From Leidyana gryllorum EB-2025a (Eukaryota; Protista; Apicomplexa): DNA of 64,000 nt. Both the position numbers and the translations under genes were made by a program. The notes under the pieces were generated by a model, which saw nothing but the letters and a program-made list of their open reading frames with translations, searched no databases and had not been told where the DNA came from. Positions 12,333 through 22,300 of the stretch are shown in pieces. Every line of letters starts with the position of its first letter. The stretch's first letter is position 1. The stretch spans positions 62,001 to 126,000 of the forward strand of contig JBLWGC010000033.1 of the NCBI GenBank assembly GCA_048772705.1, written 5' to 3'.

Positions 12333-15266
12333 ATGGCGCTGCGACATCATCCGCGACAAAGGTGTCAGGACACTTCTGCTGCCAAAGTTGGAACAGTCTT
12401 TGGCGTGCTGACATGCGGTCTGCCCACTCCCCTCGATGGAGCGCATCAAAATCAACCGCCCGTCGATATTTCTCCTTCACCACGCAAGAAGAAGAACTCT
12501 CTTCAGTCCTATCTTTCAAACAACCGTCCGTTCGAAAGAAGTGACTCGGTCGTTGATTCAGGTTCACACAACGTACACACACTCCCCCGTGGGGGAGTGT
12601 CTTCCAGCGAAAAATCGGGATGGACGCTGGCCCAAAAAGTCAGCGCGACGTTGGCCTGGGTACGCAGAGGGGATTCAAAGGGGTCCAGAGGACAACGCGC
12701 GGCCAGCCACCCCCACGTAGAGTCCTCACCTCGCCAGGATCCCGCCATTCGGTTACGAGGAGGCAAAAAAGGATCGAGACAACGGGCCATCAGCGTCACC
12801 GGTGTCATCTCACACGGGTCTGCGACGTCTCTCTCTGTCTGGAAGCAAGAGACACTACCCGCACCCCGTGCCAAACAACGCGCGCTTAGCGACAGCACTC
12901 CCCCTGACTTTCTCCCGCAACTGACTTTGGCGGCTCCACCGCCGAAAGTCCCACCCAGACGTCGGACGGGAACGGTTCACCGCCGCCATCCCTTTGAGAC
13001 ACAGACTGAGAAGAAAAGTGAGCTGTCGTGGCTCGCACGACAGCGACGCTATGTGTGGGCGGGACTGATCACCAGAGACCCTTCGGTGTGTAACCACCAC
13101 ACTGTTCACTCGAGCCTCATTCTGTTGGGTCGCGAGCTCCGCGCTTTGCTCAGCCTCACAGTCGAAGGCGACCGATTTGTCCCTCCAACGCCGGAAAGGT
13201 TAAACTTGGCCTTTGGCGCCTCTCTTCTCAATGCCGCAACGCTTCCTGCGGCCACCACCACCACCAGCAGCCCCGGCCAGGGAAACGAGCCCCCGCCGGA
13301 GACTCCAGATCCCGAGTCACACTACGCTCTGATCCACGATTTGATAAACGTTGTTTCTGTGGACAAAAAGTGCGAGTTTCGGTGTTTATGGTCACCAGCG
13401 GCGTACTATGGGAGAGCGAATGTTGAATTCATCGATCCTTCACGCCAGTTGAAGAGAAAGGCTGAGCCGCGGGACTTCCTGCTGAATGAGAAAGACTTTC
13501 GGCTGGAGTTCGGTGTCGCCCACTTTTATGCGCTCAGAGGGGCGCTGGCAACCCTCGCTCTCCACAACGTGTTGCAGAACTCCCCAGCTGCCCGAGATGC
13601 CGCTGGGAGAGAGGGGATTGAAAAGTTGGCCACCCTTCTTCGCACCTGGATGGAGTGGCCGGTCAAGAAGGTAAATTTGGGTCCGTCTCCTATCGAAGAA
13701 ACAGGCGACGAACCCGTCCCCGACATCAAGACAGCACTCAACGCTTGGACTACCAAAGTAGCAGAAGCCATACTGACGAGCTGCACCATCTGGAAGCAAC
13801 AAGCCACAAAGTACAAAGCAAATGCGGCGGCCCAATGGGCGGCGGTCGACAGTGCGGTGGTCGACAGTGCGGCAGGCGACAGTGCGGCGGTCGACAGTGC
13901 GGCAGTCGACAGTGCGGCAGGCGGCAGGGCGGTGGTCGACAGTGCGGTGGTCGACAGTGCGGTGGTCGACAGTGCGACAGGCGACAGTGCGGCAGGCGAC
14001 AGTGCGGTGGTCGACAGTGCGGCAGGCGACAGTGCGGCAGTCGACAGTGCGGTGGTCGACAGTGCGGTGGTCGACAGTGCGGCAGGCGACAGGGCGGCAG
14101 TCGACAGTGCGGCAGGCGACAGTGCGGCAGTCGACAGGGCGGCAGTCGACAGTGCGGCAGGCGACAGTGCGGCAGGCGACAGTGCGGCAGTCGACAGTGC
14201 GGCAGTCGACAGGGCGGCAGGCGACAGTGCGGCAGGCGACAGTGCGGTGGTCGACAGTGCGGCAGGCGACAGTGCGGCAGTCGACAGGGCGGCAGTCGAC
14301 AGTGCGGCAGGCGACAGTGCGGCAGTCGACAGTGCGGTGGTCGACAGTGCGGCAGGCGACAGTGCGGCAGTCGACAGGGCGGTGGTCGACAGTGCGGCAG
14401 GCGACAGTGCGGCAGGCGACAGTGCGGTGGTCGACAGTGCGGCAGGCGACAGGGCGGCAGTCGACAGTGCGGTGGTCGACAGTGCGGCAGGCGACAGGGC
14501 GGCAGGCGACAGTGCGGTGGTCGACAGTGCGGCAGGCGACAGTGCGGTTATGGACGACGTTCACACCGCCGTTGCTGCTCAGTCGATCGAGTTGGAGGAG
14601 ACGGCAGTCCCTGCAGAGGATACGACGCAGTGGATGTGTGTTACGGCATCGAACCCGGCTGAGTTGACGAGCGAGAAGGATATCTGGAAGAACATTTTGT
14701 ACTCGACTGAAAGAAAGTTGGATTCGGATCTGTATAAACAGGACGCTGAAGCTCTCTCTCGGGAATTAGAATGTTTGGCCGCCCACGGAGTACAGTGTGA
14801 GAGTAATGAGAATTGGGACAGAAGTTTCTTCCACGATGTACCGGATCTGGGGACAGGATCATTTTATCGATTTTGGCGCCCTTGGCCCCGTACTCAGTAT
14901 GAAGAGGGCGTTGTTGTCGATCCTTGGGAGCTGCAAGCCGCCGAGGAGGCGAAACTACAGTCTCCAGAACACGTATATGCGATGCGAGCAACAATTGCAG
15001 CCTGGGCGACACATCATCTGCTCCAGAAGGTGTCTACTGAAACACGAGATGCACAAAGCGGAGACAAATATGCACCTTTGCCAAAGATCCAATCGTCGAT
15101 TTTGAAAACACTCGCTCACTGGTGGAGCTCACCCAAAGTCAGTGAGGAGAATCGCACAGTCATCGAAGGCGGGATACTGAACTACGAATGGCTCAATAAG
15201 GTTCAACAAGAAATTCAACGAGTCGCTGATCTCTGGGAAAGCGAAGTAGAGCGACAGCAAATTTAG
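12333..15266 (+). CDS. Intronless hypothetical protein (array A, member 1, 977 aa) with pentapeptide repeat between two copies of a helical module
   Basis: Single long ORF. Duplicated module HFYALRGALATLALHNVLQ / HVYAMRATIAAWATHHLLQ is related to AEYALHGAIASNL in the 1677-aa ORF. Confidence 0.8.
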   Translation: MALRHHPRQRCQDTSAAKVGTVFGVLTCGLPTPLDGAHQNQPPVDISPSPRKKKNSLQSYLSNNRPFERSDSVVDSGSHNVHTLPRGGVSSSEKSGWTLAQKVSATLAWVRRGDSKGSRGQRAASHPHVESSPRQDPAIRLRGGKKGSRQRAISVTGVISHGSATSLSVWKQETLPAPRAKQRALSDSTPPDFLPQLTLAAPPPKVPPRRRTGTVHRRHPFETQTEKKSELSWLARQRRYVWAGLITRDPSVCNHHTVHSSLILLGRELRALLSLTVEGDRFVPPTPERLNLAFGASLLNAATLPAATTTTSSPGQGNEPPPETPDPESHYALIHDLINVVSVDKKCEFRCLWSPAAYYGRANVEFIDPSRQLKRKAEPRDFLLNEKDFRLEFGVAHFYALRGALATLALHNVLQNSPAARDAAGREGIEKLATLLRTWMEWPVKKVNLGPSPIEETGDEPVPDIKTALNAWTTKVAEAILTSCTIWKQQATKYKANAAAQWAAVDSAVVDSAAGDSAAVDSAAVDSAAGGRAVVDSAVVDSAVVDSATGDSAAGDSAVVDSAAGDSAAVDSAVVDSAVVDSAAGDRAAVDSAAGDSAAVDRAAVDSAAGDSAAGDSAAVDSAAVDRAAGDSAAGDSAVVDSAAGDSAAVDRAAVDSAAGDSAAVDSAVVDSAAGDSAAVDRAVVDSAAGDSAAGDSAVVDSAAGDRAAVDSAVVDSAAGDRAAGDSAVVDSAAGDSAVMDDVHTAVAAQSIELEETAVPAEDTTQWMCVTASNPAELTSEKDIWKNILYSTERKLDSDLYKQDAEALSRELECLAAHGVQCESNENWDRSFFHDVPDLGTGSFYRFWRPWPRTQYEEGVVVDPWELQAAEEAKLQSPEHVYAMRATIAAWATHHLLQKVSTETRDAQSGDKYAPLPKIQSSILKTLAHWWSSPKVSEENRTVIEGGILNYEWLNKVQQEIQRVADLWESEVERQQI
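13848..14552 (+). repeat. Coding minisatellite, 47 x 15 bp, encoding D-[SR]-A-[AV]-[GV]
   Basis: Units gacagtgcggcaggc, gacagtgcggcagtc, gacagtgcggtggtc and gacagggcg... counted from the translation. Confidence 0.95.
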
Positions 15267-15392
15267 TTCCAGTTGTGTAACCGGCACTGACGGCCATAAG
15301 TTTTTTTTTGTGACTGGTCTGGTTCAAGAACCAAAGGGAAATAACAAAGCGACTAACTGAAAGAAACTGACTGAGTGATCGATCAACAGCAT

Positions 15393-18300
15393 ATGCGGGT
15401 ACCCAGTCTCAATGCCATTGAAGGGAAGGACCACTCCCGAGCACTTTTGAGTGCCTTTGTCACTGCGGTCGCTTCAAACCCCCAGCCTGCGATCGGGCTG
15501 GGGGCTGACCAGACTGCACAAGAGGAGGAGTCCAACAGAACGACAGTTACCTCACAGCCCGGGAGGCCGAGTTATTCACCGTTTGATCTGTTCCGGCCGA
15601 GAATGGACGTCATCCGTGGATCAGATGACGAAGTATTGGTGCACGTTTCAGCCCCAACGGGTGAAAAATGGACGCTATCTCTCACTTTACCCAAACTGGG
15701 CGCCACTTGCCAGAAATTAGACGAAATCTCACCATCTTATCGGCAGATTTACGATACACTCGTCGAGTTGTACAAAACGGGGAGTATCACCCGCACACAG
15801 GAGGCACAGATCACCCGCAGCATCCCAATACTGCGCAAATGTGACGTTTTTGCTGACCTCTTTGTCACCTCCGACGCCAAGCCGATCCAGGATGGAGGAG
15901 ACGCCGCTCAGCAGACAGACCTGCCGGAAGAGACGGCTGCAGTGCCTCCAGCGGCAGCAGCAGCGGCAGAAGAGACAGCCGCCGCCGCAGCCGTCCCCAC
16001 AGCTGTCAAGGGCTCTCGGTCGGGGAAAGGGGGCTTTGGGGCTCGAAAAGTGCTGAAGGGGGCAGCAGCAGCAGCGGATGAGAATGTTTGCACCAAAAGA
16101 GGGGCGAAGAAGAAGGGAGGTAAGGCGACGGGTGATCTCCACATATCGCAAGTGTGGAAGGACATGGTGCTGAGGCACGCCAGGACTCGAGGGGATCGCA
16201 AGGAGAAAGGCGGGACGAAAGCGATTATGAATGCGCTCTGGGCCCTCACAGAAGAGACTTTGACAGGCGAGTGTAGTGGTGACCCCACAGCACCGATCGA
16301 GGAGGCGATTGAGGAGGATTTGTCTCGGGCTACAATCAGACGGTTCCAAACGGCTCAGGGCGAGCAAGGGTACATGGTGGCATTCCCAGAGGAGTCAGAA
16401 CAAGAGGCCCGGAGACAGCTCCTTTTCTCATACCTCGAAGGAGAGAAGGAGGATTCTGAGAGAGTGTGGGAGAGTTTATTCGTTCCCCCGGTGGTCAAAG
16501 ATTGTGAGGGGATGTGGAGACACGGCTTTGTGATCAATCAGCAGCTGCATAGCTTACAGTTTTTGCAGTCGCAACACTGTAAAGCGACGGCCTGTATCAG
16601 GAAATGTAACTCTGAGGTCCCGAGACTGAGCGTTGTGCCCGAAGAAGTGTTGAAGATGGTTCACGACAAGTTCAAGTTGGACTCGCGGACGAAAAGCCAA
16701 ATCAGGAAACTGTGCCAACCAATCGCTGAGGGATTCGATGTAAACTTTAACCGGTACATCGCCAGAAGGCTCTATGTGGCAGCGACGAGTTTGAAACGGT
16801 TCGTCGAGATGGTCGAGCAGACGCTCGGGGGTCGCGACTTGGCACTCACAAACCGCTCTCAGCGGCTCGCCGAGAGAGCGAGGGAGGTGGCTGAGGAGTG
16901 TGTGTCGTTCGTGTCCGCCCCGTACAGTGGGTCAGAGTGTACATGGGCTGCTGAGCATTTCCGCGTTCACGCCTCAATGCTTCGCCAGAGTTTCTACGCC
17001 TGGCTGGCAACCTTTGACGCACATTTGTGCCCGGCGAAGTCCCCGGACCACTTCCCCGCGGAGAGCTCTGCTCCGAGGCCGACAGTGACGGAAAAAGTTG
17101 TGCCACCGAAACCGTTGCCGATGACCCCGGAAGTGAATTCGTGGCGGCAGGACAAGGTTCCGACTCCAGAGTCATTTCAGGACCGATACGTCTCTATCGC
17201 CCACAAGGAGGCTGCCCATCTGGCGAGCTTTCGTCAAGCCGCAGCCTGGTTGGCGACGGCTGAAAAGACGCTGGAGGTCAACCATTGGAAAGCGTATCGT
17301 GACAGCTTTGGAAAGAATCGTCGCCACAGCGTTTGGTCGCCACAACAGCTCGCCGAGAGCGAGGATCTGCTGATGGGAAGGGAACTCACCAACATACCGA
17401 GCGTGCAGACGACGAAATGGGGCGAGCTGATTGTGAGATGCGAGCAGAGCCCCGTAGCGAGGGGTTGGGAATACAAGTTCAAGGACGAGCGGCAAAAGGC
17501 CGAAGTTCGTGATGTGGTCGACTTGGCGCTTTTCGTCCAGGATTACGGACTCAAAATCATTGAGTGCTCTCTTCTTATCGGAGCTTATGTTCCGACGCTG
17601 CTCAGCGATATGGGGAGAAAGATCACGAGCCCAAACGAAAGCCATTATGACGATAGGCGTACGCTTGGACTGGTCCTCTCCCATCTGCTCGGCAAAGTCC
17701 TCGCGGATATCACAGCGAAACAGGTCCCACACTCTATTCAGCAGCCGCTCGGCGAGTGCCTGAGGAGGTACACCGACTTGATGGATCATGGGAAGTATCG
17801 AGAGGCGTCAGACACACTGACCGCCTTTGTTCGCACTTACGGGGTGTCCCGTTTCGCTTACTGGCAACTTCGCGCCCAACGGACGTCTCAACAACTCCTG
17901 GCGGCGTTCAAAGCACTGCATGTCTACAAAGATCTCGGGACCTCTGACGATTTCGCGAACTATTTCGATCTTATCCACATCTCCACCTCAATGTCACAGA
18001 TGGACGGCATCTCCGACTATCGCTCCGTCTCAGTACATCCGGCTGCCCAAACTCTCGACATGCGCTCCACCCGGGAACATCTGAACAAATACCTAAAATG
18101 GCTCCGCGTCCCGACCCCGGAATCGAAAGAATTCCACCTCTCTTCGTTGATGGTCGGGGTGGACGACACTACCGGATGTGAGACTCTGGCAACGTCCACT
18201 GACATCAAAGAGAGTGCACCAGTGTCGTCGGCCGCCGAAGTACCTTCAGCCGTCAAGTCAGTGTCTGTTGGCACAGCAGCCACCACCACCAAACGCGGTC

Positions 18301-19241
18301 GGACAGAAGGGCCTCTCGCGAATCCCCAGTCAAAGTTAGAAAGTGAAGTCTCGACGATCTCACGGTCTCTGGACTATCTGCGGAAGCCTCAGACCATCCG
18401 AGAGCTGGCGTGCACTTTCCTTCTGAAACCAAAAGCCTGGCTGGAGACGAAGAGGAGACAGCGTTTGCGGGAACTGATCAAAAGAAGAGAAATCCAGCGG
18501 TTCAGAATTGAGAAACATAAGGTCGCGGACTTTAATACGGAGTTGTCCCAGGAGTTTGCCACATTGAGCCTGGACGGATCCACCCTCCCGACTCTGGTCA
18601 AAAGCGATGAAGGCTCTCCGCCCATCGACTTTGCCGCAATGAGGGAACTAATAATTCGAGGCGGTGCGGCCAATACTGCTGCTGCTGCGAAGGAGGAGAA
18701 AGTTCCAGCGTGCATCTTGGAGAGCTACGATGAGAGTCATTACACTGCCACCCGTTTGGCGGACGTGAATGATCTGTGGGTGCTGCAGCCTATTCCGGGT
18801 CTCACTACGGCCCAATTAGTGACAGCGATGGCCGTTATGGAGAGAGAATGGACCAGCAGAGTCTTTGTAGCGCTACACGCGCAGGCTGTGTGGAAGAAGT
18901 TTGTGGAGAAGAAGAACGAAGAGGCACTCCAACTCTTGACAGAGATGGTGATGCTGGACGGGATGGCCTGGAAACCGGACCTAAAGGAGTACACAGAGAC
19001 GCTGGAGGAGTTGGTGCGTGGGCACAACGAATCGATGCGATGTGAAGCTGAGGATGAGGACAAAAAGATGAGGGATCCGAAAAGGCCCTTTGAAGCAGTT
19101 AGAAGTTACTATGGCAAGAAAGAGGAGAAGAAGCTCGCCAGGCGAAAGGTGCTGGAGGTTGCCTTAAGGGCAGCTGAATCCATTTACAGAACGTTTCAGG
19201 ACCGACTTGATCTCAAAGCCAATTCTTTTGTACCGCTGTAG
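15393..19241 (+). CDS. Intronless hypothetical protein (array A, member 2, about 1282 aa) with MRVP leader
   Basis: First ATG at 15393 (MRVPSLNAIEGKDHSRALLSAFVTAV). Shares IARRLYV..VEMV and LQPIPGLTTAQ..REWTSRVF blocks with member 3. Confidence 0.85.
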   Translation: MRVPSLNAIEGKDHSRALLSAFVTAVASNPQPAIGLGADQTAQEEESNRTTVTSQPGRPSYSPFDLFRPRMDVIRGSDDEVLVHVSAPTGEKWTLSLTLPKLGATCQKLDEISPSYRQIYDTLVELYKTGSITRTQEAQITRSIPILRKCDVFADLFVTSDAKPIQDGGDAAQQTDLPEETAAVPPAAAAAAEETAAAAAVPTAVKGSRSGKGGFGARKVLKGAAAAADENVCTKRGAKKKGGKATGDLHISQVWKDMVLRHARTRGDRKEKGGTKAIMNALWALTEETLTGECSGDPTAPIEEAIEEDLSRATIRRFQTAQGEQGYMVAFPEESEQEARRQLLFSYLEGEKEDSERVWESLFVPPVVKDCEGMWRHGFVINQQLHSLQFLQSQHCKATACIRKCNSEVPRLSVVPEEVLKMVHDKFKLDSRTKSQIRKLCQPIAEGFDVNFNRYIARRLYVAATSLKRFVEMVEQTLGGRDLALTNRSQRLAERAREVAEECVSFVSAPYSGSECTWAAEHFRVHASMLRQSFYAWLATFDAHLCPAKSPDHFPAESSAPRPTVTEKVVPPKPLPMTPEVNSWRQDKVPTPESFQDRYVSIAHKEAAHLASFRQAAAWLATAEKTLEVNHWKAYRDSFGKNRRHSVWSPQQLAESEDLLMGRELTNIPSVQTTKWGELIVRCEQSPVARGWEYKFKDERQKAEVRDVVDLALFVQDYGLKIIECSLLIGAYVPTLLSDMGRKITSPNESHYDDRRTLGLVLSHLLGKVLADITAKQVPHSIQQPLGECLRRYTDLMDHGKYREASDTLTAFVRTYGVSRFAYWQLRAQRTSQQLLAAFKALHVYKDLGTSDDFANYFDLIHISTSMSQMDGISDYRSVSVHPAAQTLDMRSTREHLNKYLKWLRVPTPESKEFHLSSLMVGVDDTTGCETLATSTDIKESAPVSSAAEVPSAVKSVSVGTAATTTKRGRTEGPLANPQSKLESEVSTISRSLDYLRKPQTIRELACTFLLKPKAWLETKRRQRLRELIKRREIQRFRIEKHKVADFNTELSQEFATLSLDGSTLPTLVKSDEGSPPIDFAAMRELIIRGGAANTAAAAKEEKVPACILESYDESHYTATRLADVNDLWVLQPIPGLTTAQLVTAMAVMEREWTSRVFVALHAQAVWKKFVEKKNEEALQLLTEMVMLDGMAWKPDLKEYTETLEELVRGHNESMRCEAEDEDKKMRDPKRPFEAVRSYYGKKEEKKLARRKVLEVALRAAESIYRTFQDRLDLKANSFVPL

Positions 19242-19320
19242 TCATTTAATAATGCGTTTTCACAACTCTTTATACCCATAACCAGTCCCCTCAACGGCCC
19301 GAAATTTTCGCGTCGGAAAG

Positions 19321-22300
19321 ATGCGGATACCTCAATGCCGAGTCCAGAAGGTCACTTCCATCAGCAAATTACTCAGTGTCTTCTTGGGGGGGCTCACCAC
19401 GATACCGTACTCGAACGAACTTACCACCAAAGACATTGTCGCTCAAGTATGCCAAACGGGACAGGCGGTGGTTTGCAGGTCCAAGGAGGTCTCTTTGGAC
19501 CAACCACCCGATGGAGTGTTGTTCGTTGCCATTCCAACAGGCAGTCAGGTCCAACTTCTCGCCTGCGAGATGAAAGCACTGACTAATCAGCTGTTGTTCA
19601 CAAAGTGCGCTGATGACGAACTCGAGGCCCTACACGCCATCTGCCGCGTGTGGAAGGGCGAACCAGCCGATGGAGACATTCAAAGTCTTCAGCATCCGAA
19701 CCTCCGCAACGCGCACATACATCGGTGCGTCATCGATCCAGTGGCCGCCCCACCCGCCTGGTGCCTCGGATTCGGCAACAGAGTTGCTGAGGGCCGGATA
19801 CAGGAACTGCTTCGGAGTCCACCAACACCCTCCCCCCCTTCATCACTTCCCTCCAGTCACACAGAGACCCAATTCTGGGACAATCGATCGCCTTCACTGA
19901 GTTTGGGCACCAGTCCAAGCAGCTCCCCGCCCACCACTGCTCTCCGCGTTTCGCCCATCAGTCCTCTCCAACGCTCCCCCTCGCCCACGCCGGACCACTC
20001 TCAGAATATGAGTTTTGCAGAGCGAGTTTGGTGGGCCCAGGCTCGTCTTGCCCGTAAGGCGGCGAGCGAAATACCCCCAGTCTCACCCCAGTCACCATCG
20101 GACTCTTTCTCGCTCTTCTCCTCAGCAGGCCAAGTCCCCTCGGTCGGCCCGAGCCAGCCTCAACAGATGCCTCTCCAGCAGCCGCAGGCTACCCCCCGAC
20201 GACTGGTTCAAACACCGATCCGGCCGGTCGAGACGCTTCAGTTGACCGCTCCGCCGGCCGGGAGGGTTCCGGTGACCGCTCCGCCGGTCGAGACGCTTCA
20301 GGTGACCGCTCCGCCGGTCGAGACGCTTCAGGTGACCGCTCCGCCGGTCGAGACGCTTCAGGTGACCGCTCCGCCGGCCGGGAGGGTTCCGGTGACCGCT
20401 CCGCCGGCCGGGAGGGTTCAGGTGACCGCTCCGCCGGCCGGGAGGGTTCAGGTGACCGCTCCGCCGCGCCCCGCCTGGTCGAGGGTTTGGCCTCCCACCG
20501 AGCAGTTAAGCAGCAGTGCCACTCGGTCACATGCTGCAGTACTCGCCGCTGCGGTCTCGAGAAACAGCACACCCGCCACCAACACCGCCACCGTCACCAC
20601 CAAGTCTGAGACAGAGCAGTCAGGGGGCATCAGCACCAAAGCTTCTTCTGACGGTGCGAGATGTCTGGACAAAGCTCCAAAAGAGTTACCGTCAGCGTCG
20701 AGACAGCCGCGGAGGGGCGTGAGACATCGACGGAATTCGGCCCGCTCGCGCCCGGAGGTCTCAGGGAGCGAAGTTTTGGCACCAAAGGGAAGAACGGGTG
20801 GCAAAGAAGTGTTGGTGAGTGTTGATGGAGGCGTCAAGCTCAGTGGCGGCGAGAGGTCCGCTAAAACACGAGGTGCCCCAAAGGGCGTCAGACGGAAGGG
20901 GGGGAAACAGAAGCCGAAAGCTGTGACCGATGGTGACTGGGAAGATGCCCTATGGGCGCAAGAGCAGTTGTTACCTCAACAGAACACAACAGAGTCAGTC
21001 GTCGACCCGTTGCGACGGGTGATTGAGGAGGCGTCAGAGGAAACTGCTGCTGTGTCGGCAGTGGAAGGAGAGAAACCGCCACCTCAGCAGCAGCCGCAGC
21101 CGTCAAAGGAGGAGGTGGATGAGATCGAAGAGTTGGAGGAGAAACCCACCAGACGGCGCAAACGGAAAGCGCGGAAGAGCGCAAACAGACGGTCGATGGT
21201 TAACGATGACGAAGAAGAAGAAGAAGTGGAGAAGATTGTTGTTGCGGACGTTTTGGGGGCACCGCTTATTGAAAGTGAGGAAAGGGACGACCCATTGCCT
21301 GAGTGCCGGACAATGGTATTGCAACCCATCAAGAAGTGGTTGAAACAAGTGAGAAATGACGTGAGCGGGTGGGAGAACGGCAACTTTGGTCTCTCGCTCG
21401 CACTCGACGCAGAGTATGCGCTCCACGGAGCTATAGCCAGCAACTTGGACTCGCTGTACACTCGGCTAATGCAAACAGACAAGATAGAGGGTGCGGAGGC
21501 TTACCCGACCCGCTTCACAGCGTTGGTGGGAGAGAACCAAGTTGAGGCACTGCGTCTGGTGGTTTGGCTATACCAAGCGCCTCCGGACTTCCCAGAGCAT
21601 ATCAACCTCGTCGAGCGAGCGGAACGAGCGAAGCGTCTTGTGGAACCAAAACTCTATTGGCTATGGACATTGGGCCAAGCTTTTGGGTCAAATCCACATC
21701 ACAAACCTGCCACATGGGACAGCGCAATTTGCAAGGGGGGAGACAAACTATGCCTCGCTCTGCACCCGCATTTGGTATTGCACGAAGTGGGACAGATCGC
21801 AAAGGAGGTGGGCGATAAGTCTTTGATTCGGGACATTGACATTCTGAACCTGATCAAGGAGGAGGATGAACCCGAACCAAGTTACTGGCGCACTATGGCT
21901 CGACGGGCGTACATTTACGCCAGGGGGGTCTGGAGAGTGATGGAGCTGGTGCGAGCCAGCAACCCAGACAATGCAACAGCTACGCAGACGTTCACTCAAA
22001 CCGGTCTCAAGTACTGCTCAGAGATCATGGCACTCTCCCGAAAGTTGGCCCAGACAAACCCAGACGGAAATGTTCGTCGTCCAGCCGAGGTGTTGCGACG
22101 AATTCGAGCTTCTGTGGTCTGTGTCCAGACATTCATCAAGACTCTGGTTGTCCACCTGGATGACTTTCTCTTGCGAGAAGGCGCCCCCAAATCCGCCGCC
22201 GCTGCCGGTAAAGTCGCAGGAAAGGAGCCCAAGAAGCAAAACGTCGGTGCCTTGCCGGCAACGTACGCTCCCGAAGTCGCCAAGGCTTGGTACGCGACCA

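Noticed and set aside
13440-14667. Long overlapping ORFs with Cys/Arg-rich repeats (RQCGG, RTVAC, STVRQ) resembling metallothionein or keratin-associated proteins
   Set aside because: They are alternative frames of the stop-free 15-bp minisatellite. Only the DSAAG frame is continuous with long unique coding sequence on both sides.
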